Shown in pieces: positions 10,540 to 20,330 of a stretch of DNA of 64,000 nt (positions are counted from its first letter, which is position 1; each line of letters opens with the position of its first letter). The position numbers and the translations under genes are program-made. This DNA comes from Candidatus Heimdallarchaeota archaeon (lineage in GTDB: Archaea; Asgardarchaeota; Heimdallarchaeia; JABLTI01): positions 32,001-96,000 of the forward strand of contig JABCTZ010000001.1 of assembly GCA_018238155.1 (NCBI GenBank), given 5' to 3'. Below the pieces are notes generated by a model, which saw nothing but the letters and a program-made list of their open reading frames with translations, was not told where the DNA came from and did no database searches.

Positions 10540-10730
10540 AAAAATCTTCATTTATAGAGATGAAATCATTGGTCCTGTAATTTCGTCTCACTATTAATTC
10601 TTTAAACTCTAATCTACTAATAATTCTAGGGACAGTGGACTTGGATAAATCAGAAAGTCAATTAAAGATGTTTTGTAACTAGCCATTCAAATGATAATAA
10701 CAATCTACCAACATTGCTTTCTTACCATAA
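10540..10730 (-). pseudogene. Remnant of a winged-HTH domain gene (approximate bounds)
   Basis: Minus frame reads NG*LQNIFN*LSDLSKSTVPRIISRLEFKELIVRR, an HTH recognition-helix pattern with in-frame stops. Confidence 0.45.
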
Positions 10731-10783
10731 ATTGTTTTGTTCCAACAGAACAAACCTATACAATCTTTCAGAAGTAGTGATCA

Positions 10784-11329
10784 TTACATGCTCGAATATT
10801 CCAATTTTGGTAGAATTATCTCTTTTAATTTCGAGATTTTTGGTTGAATCAGAATACGACAATACACTTGATTCGGATTTTTTTTGTAGTAATTTTGATG
10901 ATATTCTTCCGCTTTATAAAAAAGGTCAAGCTTCACTACTTCTGATACAATTGGTTTGCTCCATTTCTTCTGAGCGTTATTTATTGCTTGTTGGATTACT
11001 ATTTTATCTTCTTCAGCTGTGTAGAGAATAATAGAACGATATTGGCTTCCTATGTCATTTCCTTGTCTATTGATTGTTGTAGGATCATGCATTTGAAAGA
11101 AAATGTCAAGTATTGTTAGTAATGATATAATTGCGGGATTAAATGTTACTTTCACTACTTCTGCATGACCTGTGACCTCAGCACAAACTTCTTGATAAGA
11201 AGGATTATTCATTGTTCCACCTGCATATCCAGATATGACTTCCAATCCTTCAATTTGATGATATACAGCTTCAAAGCACCAGAAACATCCGCCACCGAGA
11301 ACAATAGATTTGCTATTTTTTTCTTTAAT
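10784..11329 (-). CDS. msrA: Peptide-methionine (S)-S-oxide reductase MsrA
   Basis: GGGCFWC lies in frame upstream of the track's TTG; SGYAGG, GHAE, HDPT, QYRS, AEEYHQNY; probable ATT start at 11329 after AGGTGA. Confidence 0.92.
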   Translation of the reverse strand: MKEKNSKSIVLGGGCFWCFEAVYHQIEGLEVISGYAGGTMNNPSYQEVCAEVTGHAEVVKVTFNPAIISLLTILDIFFQMHDPTTINRQGNDIGSQYRSIILYTAEEDKIVIQQAINNAQKKWSKPIVSEVVKLDLFYKAEEYHQNYYKKNPNQVYCRILIQPKISKLKEIILPKLEYSSM

Positions 11330-11567
11330 ATTATTTCACCTAAGTAAAGAGTCTCTCTAATTTTCTTAAAGATACTTAATAACAAACTTTAGTCAAAACA
11401 GCTCTAGACTATTGAAAGCTATCTTTTTCATTATTTATATTTACTAATGTTATGAAATCATGCAAAAAAAGTCCCTAAAATAGCTCACTAGCTTAGATTT
11501 GACTGAACAAAAAATAGAAAGAAATTGAAAAACAAGAAAAGATAAAAACAATGAAAAAAGATTGCTT

Positions 11568-12083
11568 TTATCCATCATAATTCATTAGCAACATTTGGTC
11601 ATAATTTAGTAATGCAAAGTACCCACCGATTATCTTTGCCGCAGTATTATAGTCCTTTTTAGTGATTTTATTTATTTTGGGTATCTGGAGAACTTCCCCA
11701 AAAGAAAAGAGAGCACCAGCAAGATCTGCCTCAGCAAAAAGTCCTGGTTTCAACATTAAATGGAAAAACAATCTGTCGGTATGATTCTTCCTAAAATCCT
11801 CTGATTCTGGACCAGTAAAATTAGTAAGCAGAATTGAAATTGCTCGTAACAATCGTGCCATATCAACAAGATGAGTAATTTGGAAGTGTTTAATGAATTC
11901 CTCTGATAAACTCAAGTTACCATATTCTTTAGTGAAGAATTCCTTCGGTAATTTTTCTTTTTTAGTATTATTATAAGCAGAACCTGGCTTGAAAATCTTT
12001 TTCTTTCGTCTTTTAATAATAAACTCATTTGTTCCTGCTTTTTTGAGATATTCTTTTCCCTTATCATGATTAACAGTAAACAT
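11568..12083 (-). CDS. Hypothetical protein
   Basis: 171-aa ATG ORF; no recognised motif. Confidence 0.55.
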   Translation of the reverse strand: MFTVNHDKGKEYLKKAGTNEFIIKRRKKKIFKPGSAYNNTKKEKLPKEFFTKEYGNLSLSEEFIKHFQITHLVDMARLLRAISILLTNFTGPESEDFRKNHTDRLFFHLMLKPGLFAEADLAGALFSFGEVLQIPKINKITKKDYNTAAKIIGGYFALLNYDQMLLMNYDG

Positions 12084-12239
12084 AAATAGGATTTAGTTAT
12101 TCAAATTTTTAAAGGTTATTTATTTCAAAAAGTCAAAAAATCGATTCATTTTTTTCATCAATTGATTTATTTTTGCCTTTTTTACTATAAATTATATCCG
12201 AGATAGTTTAATTAAGAGATATTTCTATTTCATTCTACG

Positions 12240-12711
12240 TTAAAAAAGAAATTAATTTTAAAATCCCTATTTATTATTTTTCTCTTCTCGTTTTTCATGC
12301 CTAATTTCACACAAAATGTTCGAGCAACTTTGGTTTTGGAAGAACCCGTCTTACAAGATGTTACAAGAACTTGGTCCGACATTTCTTTACTTTACGATAA
12401 TCATTATCATAACACAAGTGCTCTTGGAGAGAGGTCTCTGCGTTCAATAATATTGCCCCTCAATTAATGGATGTAGATATTATCGGTGAAAGCTTTTACA
12501 ATAAAGACATAAAAGCAATTAGAATAACCAATGAATTAAGAACACAGCAAAAACATTGGCTGTATCCCACCATCATGGTAGAGAGCAAATTTCGGTTGAA
12601 ATCGCTCTTCGTTTTATCATTTTATTATTGAACAGTTATGGAGATGATAGTCAAATAACTGAATATATTGATACTCAAGAGATATGTAACAACAGAAAAC
12701 AATGGAATTAG
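12240..12711 (+). pseudogene. Secreted M14 zinc carboxypeptidase pseudogene (5' fragment)
   Basis: Signal-like LKKKLILKSLFIIFLF, YHN, IIGES..KDIKAIRIT, HHGREQIS (HxxE), YGDDSQITEYID; two frameshifts, then truncated. Confidence 0.8.
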
Positions 12712-12739
12712 TATCTTTGTAAGAAAATAGTGATACTAT

Positions 12740-13684
12740 TTATTTGCACTCAACTATTTCTGTTATTTTCTTTCTTTCTTCCGTAGGTAGAGGGTGCATT
12801 TGTTTGATAATGTTTGAACCCAGAGGAACACCTAGATTATCAGTAATCACTTGGCATTTTGTTCGAAGAATACAGAATGTTGGAGGGAAATCTAAATCAG
12901 GATATCTTACTAAATTGTTCAAAGTAGTCTCATAATTAGATTGTCCCTTAACAATCAATAAATCGGCATCTTTTAACAATTCTTTGAACCTATCTGATAC
13001 TTGATGGACGTTATAACCAAAAGATGAGCTTACAATAAAGGTTTCAGTCGCAGTAAAAGGAATCTTATCTCTTTTAAAATCATCTAGGGAACAATCATTT
13101 GCAACTGGTCCACCTTTTAATCCCAAATAGGTTTCTTTTTTCAAAGTTTTTACTAGTAATTCAACCATCATATTATCGATTACTACCTCACCACAATTAT
13201 CTGAAAGGTAAACAATTTTTTTTGCTTCTGTGATATAATCGTATAATTTCTGAAAATCGTTAATAGCCAAACCTTCATCTGGAAACTGGATAATTGTTCT
13301 TGCTATTTCATCTAAATCTACAGTATGTCCCCCTGTGCTGAAATCAACCATATTTGCAGCAATAGTGAAAAGGAATAATTCCCGGACAATGTTTTTCACC
13401 ATCTTTCCCTCAAAAGAATCAATAATTTTGGGAACAAGGTCTTGGAAGTATTTATTACTCTCTTTTTTTATTGCTAGAAATGGGTCACTGGTGCCTGTTT
13501 CTCGTGCAATTATAGAAAAAACCTCTGTAGAATAGTCAGGAAGTTTTATTTGATCAAATTCTTTTTCTGTTCTTTCAGTTATTTTTTTGAAAAGTTTTTC
13601 TCGTGATTCTATGTTCTCAGTTGAGAGGTCAATTGCACGTTGTGTGATTTCATTTAAACAAGCAAGGCATTTCTGATTTGGCAT
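12740..13684 (-). CDS. ARMT1-like (DUF89) damage-control phosphatase
   Basis: CxxC N-terminus, DPF..KK, ANMVDF, DNCGE, KGQSNYETT, TKC. Confidence 0.85.
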   Translation of the reverse strand: MPNQKCLACLNEITQRAIDLSTENIESREKLFKKITERTEKEFDQIKLPDYSTEVFSIIARETGTSDPFLAIKKESNKYFQDLVPKIIDSFEGKMVKNIVRELFLFTIAANMVDFSTGGHTVDLDEIARTIIQFPDEGLAINDFQKLYDYITEAKKIVYLSDNCGEVVIDNMMVELLVKTLKKETYLGLKGGPVANDCSLDDFKRDKIPFTATETFIVSSSFGYNVHQVSDRFKELLKDADLLIVKGQSNYETTLNNLVRYPDLDFPPTFCILRTKCQVITDNLGVPLGSNIIKQMHPLPTEERKKITEIVECK

Positions 13685-13933
13685 TTGTACTATTTCTCAT
13701 TAAACCTTTTAAAGTTGGTTTTGAGATTCTGAAATAAAATAAAATAGCGTTTCAAAAGCATTATTAGTTATTTTAACATAAAAAAATTATACTAGTATTG
13801 AATAAGTCAGTTCCAAAGTTCAAATAGAATCCTTTGGAGAAAGGCAGAAATGAGCTAACTAATCAATCATATTGTTTTTGTCTTCTCAGATGTTTCCAAT
13901 AGTTTGATAATATATTTATAACAGCTTTCTCTT

Positions 13934-14851
13934 TTGTATTTTATGATAAATGAAACCAACCTCAAGAAACCGATTCTTTTCATTCTATCTACTTTTCTTA
14001 TAACCTATACTTGTTGGTGGATTCTTGTTGCGATTAGTACAAAAGGCATTTCCGAAAATGGTGAACCGTTGTTTATGGTACTCTATCTTTTGGGAGGATT
14101 AGGACCAACTGTGGGACCTTTTATAGCCATAGCATTAACAGACAGAAATTTCAAAGAATATGGAAAACGCTTGCTCAAATGGAAAGTTAACATTGGTTGG
14201 TATTTTTTTGCAATGTTTTTTATTTTAGTTCTCGAACTTGTCTCAATAGGTTTGTCTGCAATTGCTACTAAAGAATTTACATTGAACCTTGAAGAAAGAT
14301 GGTATATGTGGTTTGGCTATTTGGGCTTAATGCTAATTGGTGGAGGGCTTGAAGAGTTCGGATGGAGAGGTGTTGGGAATCATGAAATTGGTAAAAAGTA
14401 TAATTCAATCATTACTTCACTAGTAATTGGCATTATTTGGTTTGCATGGCATTTGCCATTGTTTTTTATTCCTGGCGTTTATCAATATCAAACAAGCATT
14501 TTGCTATTTGCTTGTTCAACAGTAGTATTTGCCTTTTTTCTAACCTTTCTTTACAACAATACTGGAAGTATTTTACTTTGTATAATAATGCATGTGTTTT
14601 CTAATGCTACCCATGCATGGGGCTTTAGTGTTGGAAATACGATTATGCTCACAGATCGAATAAGCCTTGAAGGGGTTATCGAAATAGGTGTTTTCTTTGT
14701 CGCAGGTATAATTCTGATAGTAATATTTGGACATCAATTCATGAGTAAAAAAGAGATACCCCCTTTTTTGACGAAAATAGTTACTGAAATAAAAAAAATT
14801 ACCACACATGATGAACAAATTGCAGCTGAAGAGAAAAATATTGAAGATTAA
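13934..14851 (+). CDS. CPBP/Abi (CAAX-like) intramembrane metalloprotease
   Basis: GGLEEFGWRG, WFAWHLP, MH...N, multiple TMs. Confidence 0.9.
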   Translation: MYFMINETNLKKPILFILSTFLITYTCWWILVAISTKGISENGEPLFMVLYLLGGLGPTVGPFIAIALTDRNFKEYGKRLLKWKVNIGWYFFAMFFILVLELVSIGLSAIATKEFTLNLEERWYMWFGYLGLMLIGGGLEEFGWRGVGNHEIGKKYNSIITSLVIGIIWFAWHLPLFFIPGVYQYQTSILLFACSTVVFAFFLTFLYNNTGSILLCIIMHVFSNATHAWGFSVGNTIMLTDRISLEGVIEIGVFFVAGIILIVIFGHQFMSKKEIPPFLTKIVTEIKKITTHDEQIAAEEKNIED

Positions 14852-14854
14852 CTC

Positions 14855-16204
14855 TCAAGCTTTCACACAATCATAGATAATGAAGAAAGGAATTCTATCT
14901 GCATCAAAGGCTATCGCTCGTGGATGTTTTCTAATATCTTCTATTGATGGTTTTGGTTCGATTATTTCTCTTATTAGAAAACCTGCTTTATTTAATGCTT
15001 GAGTATATTCTTGGAGCGTTCGATGAAATTGCCAAATAGGTTTTATGTTACCCCATGACACTAATATCGCTCCGGAATCGAAGTATCTGTCTATCATTGA
15101 AAATAATCGTTCCTCATTTCTAGGTGTATCAAATGGCAATCGGTAAAAGTATTGATTAAAGCTTCCAAATATTGGGTGGAGATTTGACCAAACGAATCTT
15201 CCTTTAGATTTCAAAACTCTATTTATTTCATCAAATGCCCTTTGATAATCTTGCACATCAACCATAACTACATTTGAAACAACAATATCAAAAGTTTCGG
15301 ATTCTATAAACGACATATCCGTTAAAGATCCTTTGTAATAATTACATCCTAATGGTTTCTCTTTCTCTTTTTTCTTACAGAACCCAATGAAATGTCTAGA
15401 GAAATCAATACCAACAACATTAGCTCCTTTCTTCGCTAATAAGCGTGAAAGATAACCATTTCCACACCCTGCATCTAATATTGCTAGTCCCTTTATGTCA
15501 CCTAATTGTTTCCATAAAGCAGGGTCAATAATGAATTCCCTACTTGCATCTCCCTTATCTTCTTCAATATTATCTAGATTTTTCAGCCAGTTCTGACTTG
15601 TTTTTTCCCATCTTGTCTTTGTTTCAGATAGATCAACCTGATCATCTTGCAGAATTTCTGAATGTAAATTCACGTTTCCCATCTCTTTCCAAACTGAATG
15701 CACTAAATTTTCTATTTTCAGTGCTTCTTCAATTGTTATTTCAATTCCTTTTCTTTCCTTAGCTGGCTTCCAAATTGGATCCCAAGGAAAACGAGTGTTG
15801 ATAATCGAATTTAGTGAATTTTCCTCATTGAATAATTTCCCTTTGTTGACTTGCCAAGGATGATTGCCCATGTACTCGGTATACAGAAGATCGTAGTGTG
15901 TTTGGTTACAATCATCACATTCGAAAGCATAAGCGTAAGTTTTATTCCAAAATTTTACCGGGTAGAAAGTTGGTTTGTTGCATTTACCACATACGACTTT
16001 GTTTGTTGTTGGGCACCAATAAAGAAAACTGAAATGAAAGAAATTGTTACACTCAGAACATTGAAATTTAGCATGCCAAATACAACGATGGACTAATCCT
16101 TCTGCACTATATTTTCCTTTTCTTAGAGGATAATCTTTTTCTTCCTTTTGAAAATCTTGACAATAGAAACATATGCTTCTATTCTTTGAGGATGGGATAT
16201 ACAT
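14855..16204 (-). CDS. Class I SAM methyltransferase with Cys/His-rich N-terminal domain
   Basis: LDAGCGNG, GIDFS, VLKSKGRF, FHRTL; several CxxC in the first 110 aa. Confidence 0.85.
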   Translation of the reverse strand: MYIPSSKNRSICFYCQDFQKEEKDYPLRKGKYSAEGLVHRCIWHAKFQCSECNNFFHFSFLYWCPTTNKVVCGKCNKPTFYPVKFWNKTYAYAFECDDCNQTHYDLLYTEYMGNHPWQVNKGKLFNEENSLNSIINTRFPWDPIWKPAKERKGIEITIEEALKIENLVHSVWKEMGNVNLHSEILQDDQVDLSETKTRWEKTSQNWLKNLDNIEEDKGDASREFIIDPALWKQLGDIKGLAILDAGCGNGYLSRLLAKKGANVVGIDFSRHFIGFCKKKEKEKPLGCNYYKGSLTDMSFIESETFDIVVSNVVMVDVQDYQRAFDEINRVLKSKGRFVWSNLHPIFGSFNQYFYRLPFDTPRNEERLFSMIDRYFDSGAILVSWGNIKPIWQFHRTLQEYTQALNKAGFLIREIIEPKPSIEDIRKHPRAIAFDADRIPFFIIYDCVKA

Positions 16205-16280
16205 AAATGAACAGAATGCATTAAAGTATTAAATCTATTATTGATTCCGTTAGATATAGTTCCATTTACTAATTGCTCTG

Positions 16281-17330
16281 GTGAATATATTGATTGAAAT
16301 AACATTACTAGGCTTTCTTAAGGAGAGTATACCAGCTCAAAATAGAGATGCATTAGTTGGATTATTGCACGAATACGAGAAAGAGACTAATATTTATTCA
16401 ATTGAACGAACTTTTGTAGAGAACACATTCAATGCAACTATACCTTCTGAATTCAAAGAATATTGGGTACTAGTTTTTCATAATACTGAGATGATTGCTT
16501 TTGGGTATTGTTATTGGCAAATAAAATTTGAAAATTTGAATAAAGGATCAATAAGAATTTTTGTTAAAAAACAGTTTAGAAGAAAAAAAATCGGCTCTAA
16601 GGTACTAAATTTCCTTCTCAAAGAGATTGATGCTCAAGTAACTACTCAAACAATAATGGCTTTCGAAGGAACTGATGGAGAAGAATTTCTTAAGCAGCTT
16701 GATGGTAATTTAGTTTTTACTGAGCTAACTATTGCATCCAAACTCTCAGATTTTACTGATGAAGAAGTAAAGCAGAAAGTTAGGAAATCTGTTGAAGAAG
16801 CTCACAAAAAAGGATTCAGTTCTAAGTTTGTAGATACAGGAGAATTATTGATTCTTTCTGCCAATCAGGATTTTGTTAAAATGATCGAACGAAATTGGAA
16901 TGCTACTCCTATAGAAGATCAATCATCAGATGAAATAACAATGACATCAGAACGACTAATAGAGTCATTCAATTATAGAATTAAAAGAGGAGATCAATTT
17001 TTAACTGTTTTAGCAATTCATAATGAATCTGCTAAATTTGCAGGATATACAATGACTCGAGTAAATGAATATCAACCAAATGTTGGTTTTCAACATGATA
17101 CTGGAGTATTGGAAGAATATCGTGGAAATAACTTAGGCTTAACTATGAAGTACAAATTACTGCAACATTTGAAAAAAAATTCAAAAGTAGAATTTTGGGA
17201 AACAGGGAGTGCAGCAAGTAATATCTATATGCAAAGGATAAATGCTATTCTAAAACACAAACCTCTCAAAACGAAATTAGTTTTCGAATTTAAAAAGTCA
17301 AGTCTTCAAGAAAAAGTAGAGAATCATTAA
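16281..17330 (+). CDS. Tandem GNAT acetyltransferase
   Basis: FVKKQFRRKKIG and TGVLEEYRGNNLG motif A; N..M..IN. Confidence 0.85.
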   Translation: MNILIEITLLGFLKESIPAQNRDALVGLLHEYEKETNIYSIERTFVENTFNATIPSEFKEYWVLVFHNTEMIAFGYCYWQIKFENLNKGSIRIFVKKQFRRKKIGSKVLNFLLKEIDAQVTTQTIMAFEGTDGEEFLKQLDGNLVFTELTIASKLSDFTDEEVKQKVRKSVEEAHKKGFSSKFVDTGELLILSANQDFVKMIERNWNATPIEDQSSDEITMTSERLIESFNYRIKRGDQFLTVLAIHNESAKFAGYTMTRVNEYQPNVGFQHDTGVLEEYRGNNLGLTMKYKLLQHLKKNSKVEFWETGSAASNIYMQRINAILKHKPLKTKLVFEFKKSSLQEKVENH

Positions 17331-17376
17331 CACAATTTAGTATAAATTGAAGTTCTTCCAGTAAAAAAGAAATTCA

Positions 17377-17396
17377 TCATCGATTTAAATCGATGA
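17377..17396. terminator. Perfect 20-bp palindrome between convergent genes
   Basis: TCATCGATTTAAATCGATGA. Confidence 0.5.
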
Positions 17397-17435
17397 GTAG
17401 TCATTTGTTTGTTTTATTTCAACATTCAAGAAGAA

Positions 17436-18758
17436 CTACGATGTTGTGGGAAGTTTAAGGTCTTTTAATCGGAAATCGGCGAGTCTATATTGAACTCTGG
17501 TAGATTTTGGTTTCAATCTCTTGCTAACTAAAACACTGGCAAATATGATAGGTATAATTCCACCAATTGCAATTAAACTAGCAATATTCATACCACCTAT
17601 TACTGCTACTGTAGAAGACGCAAGTACATCTATTGATGTGTCTAAACCTAGATTCATTCCAAGTAGGCTAAGTATTTTCGGTACAAAGCTAGCAAGAATA
17701 CCAAAGAATGCCACAACTCGAGCATAATTAGGATCTACAACTTTTGCATCAAATTTCGTGGTGTGAAAGACCTTGCCTTCACTGATGAAGGAAATTTGTC
17801 CAATTATTTCTCCTTTTACAAATGGGGTTACATAGAACGTTACTTTGTCAGTTGTTTTGTTGAAATCAGTTTCAATTTCTTGAGGAACAACAATGCATCC
17901 CGGTAAAATAGGTCGAATTTTGACAATAGGGTTTTTTAATTTCACATCTAATTGTGATTGTGTTTGAATTTTCCGCTCACCAGTTAAAGGGTTAATAATA
18001 GGTGCTTTATCATCTTGCAATATATCTGAGATATCAAGTATGAGTGGATAGTAATTCTGAGGGTTCATTCGATCGAAATATTCCATAGAAATATGCTTCA
18101 AGTAATCCTTTTCATCAACAAAGGAAATTCTTTTTGATTCTTCCAGCATTTCTTTTGCTTGACTAGCTACTTTTTTCCTATAGCTTCGTTCTGGAATAGG
18201 TTGAGGTAATGCGCCACTCGTTTCTGGTATAGAAGGTTTAATTGGAATTTTATTTTCTGCTTTACTTCTGAGAAAGGCTGTTGTTGGAGTAGGAATCTTT
18301 TGCTTTTCTTTTGACTGATGTCTAAGTCCATCTTTGATGCCTGTAGATGTTTTTGAAATAACTTTTTCTTCTTCTTCAAATTCAAACTCATCATCTTCTG
18401 CTGTTTCCACTAATTGCTCTGACCCCTCCTCTATATAATTGAGAATAATGAAGAATAGTTTTTCCTCGGAAATCACTAATGATCCCGATTCGATATATTG
18501 TATTGGCAAATCAGTAATTCCAGCTTTCGATTGTAAAATACCAATTTCCTTTTTCCATGCTATTTCAGCTTCTGCAATAGATGAGTATTTCTTATTGATA
18601 TAAATCTTAATCATTACAGTCATTTGAGTTGGAATCTGAGTTCCTTCAAGCAACCAATATTTCTGAGTTTCTTCTAATAGAGATACAATGACATATTGTT
18701 GTTTTAAGGTAATTGTATCACCTTTATTGAATGGACAGCTAACCATTTTTATCACCAA
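17436..18758 (-). CDS. Membrane protein with isolated Ser/Thr-kinase N-lobe-like domain
   Basis: YVIVSLL..VMIK..E(alphaC)..IQYIES..FIILNYIEEG, then low-complexity linker, beta domain, 2 C-terminal TMs; likely ATG at 18746. Confidence 0.65.
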   Translation of the reverse strand: MVIKMVSCPFNKGDTITLKQQYVIVSLLEETQKYWLLEGTQIPTQMTVMIKIYINKKYSSIAEAEIAWKKEIGILQSKAGITDLPIQYIESGSLVISEEKLFFIILNYIEEGSEQLVETAEDDEFEFEEEEKVISKTSTGIKDGLRHQSKEKQKIPTPTTAFLRSKAENKIPIKPSIPETSGALPQPIPERSYRKKVASQAKEMLEESKRISFVDEKDYLKHISMEYFDRMNPQNYYPLILDISDILQDDKAPIINPLTGERKIQTQSQLDVKLKNPIVKIRPILPGCIVVPQEIETDFNKTTDKVTFYVTPFVKGEIIGQISFISEGKVFHTTKFDAKVVDPNYARVVAFFGILASFVPKILSLLGMNLGLDTSIDVLASSTVAVIGGMNIASLIAIGGIIPIIFASVLVSKRLKPKSTRVQYRLADFRLKDLKLPTTS

Positions 18759-18906
18759 AAAATTTAGTATCTAAGCTAAGTTTACTTTCTATTTATCAAA
18801 AGAATTTGTATAATCATAAAGTTATTGCCCGTCAACAGCTAAAAATACTATGAATCTTGCAAGAGTGCCTTTTAAGAAAGAAAAGTAGTTTCTTAAGATT
18901 AAAGAT

Positions 18907-19263
18907 CTACCAACTACTCACATCTACTCGCCATTCACCATCTTCATCAACTATAAGATGAATGGGTACTTGTCCTTGTTGTTTTCCTTCCCTGTTTATG
19001 CGATGGAAAAACAATTTGATGTGTTTCTCGGAACTTTGTCTCTCATCTTTATGTTTGAAAGTATAAGAGTAACCATATTGCTCTTTGTATCTTTGACCTG
19101 TTTTCCACCAATAAAATGGTCCATGACCACGTGAATTAACGGTTGATTGTTTCGCTTGTTTGATTGTTTTAATCCATTCTTCTTTTTTGCCTTCCAAAAG
19201 TAATTCATAATGGAGGGTAGCAATTTCCAGCGCACTCATTCCGAGTTTAACTTTTTTCGTCAT
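18907..19263 (-). CDS. Hypothetical protein, translationally coupled to the TPR gene
   Basis: ATGA overlap with the upstream TPR gene. Confidence 0.7.
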   Translation of the reverse strand: MTKKVKLGMSALEIATLHYELLLEGKKEEWIKTIKQAKQSTVNSRGHGPFYWWKTGQRYKEQYGYSYTFKHKDERQSSEKHIKLFFHRINREGKQQGQVPIHLIVDEDGEWRVDVSSW

Positions 19264-20096
19264 TTCTTATCGCCAACTGACTTTTCTTTCAATTCTTCTT
19301 GAGCATTATTTAGATTTATTTGAGCTAATCCAAATTCTGATTCAATCTGTAGGGCTTGTTCATAATATTCAATTGCTTTCTCCAAATTGCCTTTTTGATG
19401 ATATGCCCATCCCAGATTATTATAAGCAAAGAAATAAGTTGGATCTATGGAAATAGCTTTTTCATGTAGTTCAATAGCTTTATCAAAGTTGCCTTTTTCA
19501 TGATAAGCAAGACCCAAATTAGATAAAACTACTATATCCCGTGGTTTTAATTCTAATATCTCTTCAGATATTGTAATTGCTTTGTCGTATTCCTTTTTCA
19601 CCAAATGAATTAAAGCAATGGTGTTTTTTGGTTCAGTCATAGACGGTGAAAATTCGAGTGCTTTATTACAGTATTCAAGGGCTAAATCGAATTCTACCAT
19701 GCCATAATAAATTGTTGCTATATCATTATATACTCCCGGATCATCTGGAGTTATTTTCAACATGTTTTTCCATGCATCAATTGCTTTTTCATATTCACCT
19801 CTTCTTTCATAAACTATAGCTAAATTTCTTCGTACAACTATGAGTTTATCATTTAGCTCTATAGCCTTCAGGTAGCATTCGATTGCTTCTTCAGTTTTAT
19901 CCAAATAATTGTTGGCTAAACCGATGTTACTCCAAGCTTCTGCATAGTTGGGATCAATTTCTAATGATCGTTCAAAAATCTCTATTGCTTTATCAAATTG
20001 ACCTATTTCTCCATAGTTTATCCCCAATTCATTTAATTCCTTAACATCATCTATTTCAGCAAAATCTTTTGGTTTGTCTGTATTTTCATTCGTCAT
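19260..20096 (-). CDS. Tetratricopeptide repeat protein (~7 TPRs)
   Basis: Repeated 34-aa NLG..Y...G.F.KAI..Y.KA..I.P units. Confidence 0.92.
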   Translation of the reverse strand: MTNENTDKPKDFAEIDDVKELNELGINYGEIGQFDKAIEIFERSLEIDPNYAEAWSNIGLANNYLDKTEEAIECYLKAIELNDKLIVVRRNLAIVYERRGEYEKAIDAWKNMLKITPDDPGVYNDIATIYYGMVEFDLALEYCNKALEFSPSMTEPKNTIALIHLVKKEYDKAITISEEILELKPRDIVVLSNLGLAYHEKGNFDKAIELHEKAISIDPTYFFAYNNLGWAYHQKGNLEKAIEYYEQALQIESEFGLAQINLNNAQEELKEKSVGDKK

Positions 20097-20330
20097 TATA
20101 TTCTCTCCAAATTTACTCGAGAAGAAATTGATTTCCTTGATTTACAAGCAATAATTATTATTAATGTTCATAAATATTATTCAGCAACTAAAACACCATT
20201 AATTATGCAAGAAATTTTTCAAAGTAAAATAAATAATGTTTTCCTTCTATTTCATTGACATATAAATTGGCACCTTGTGATTTCATTATCTTAGAAATAG
20301 TTTTTATTTATCCTATTGTTTTTCTATAGT

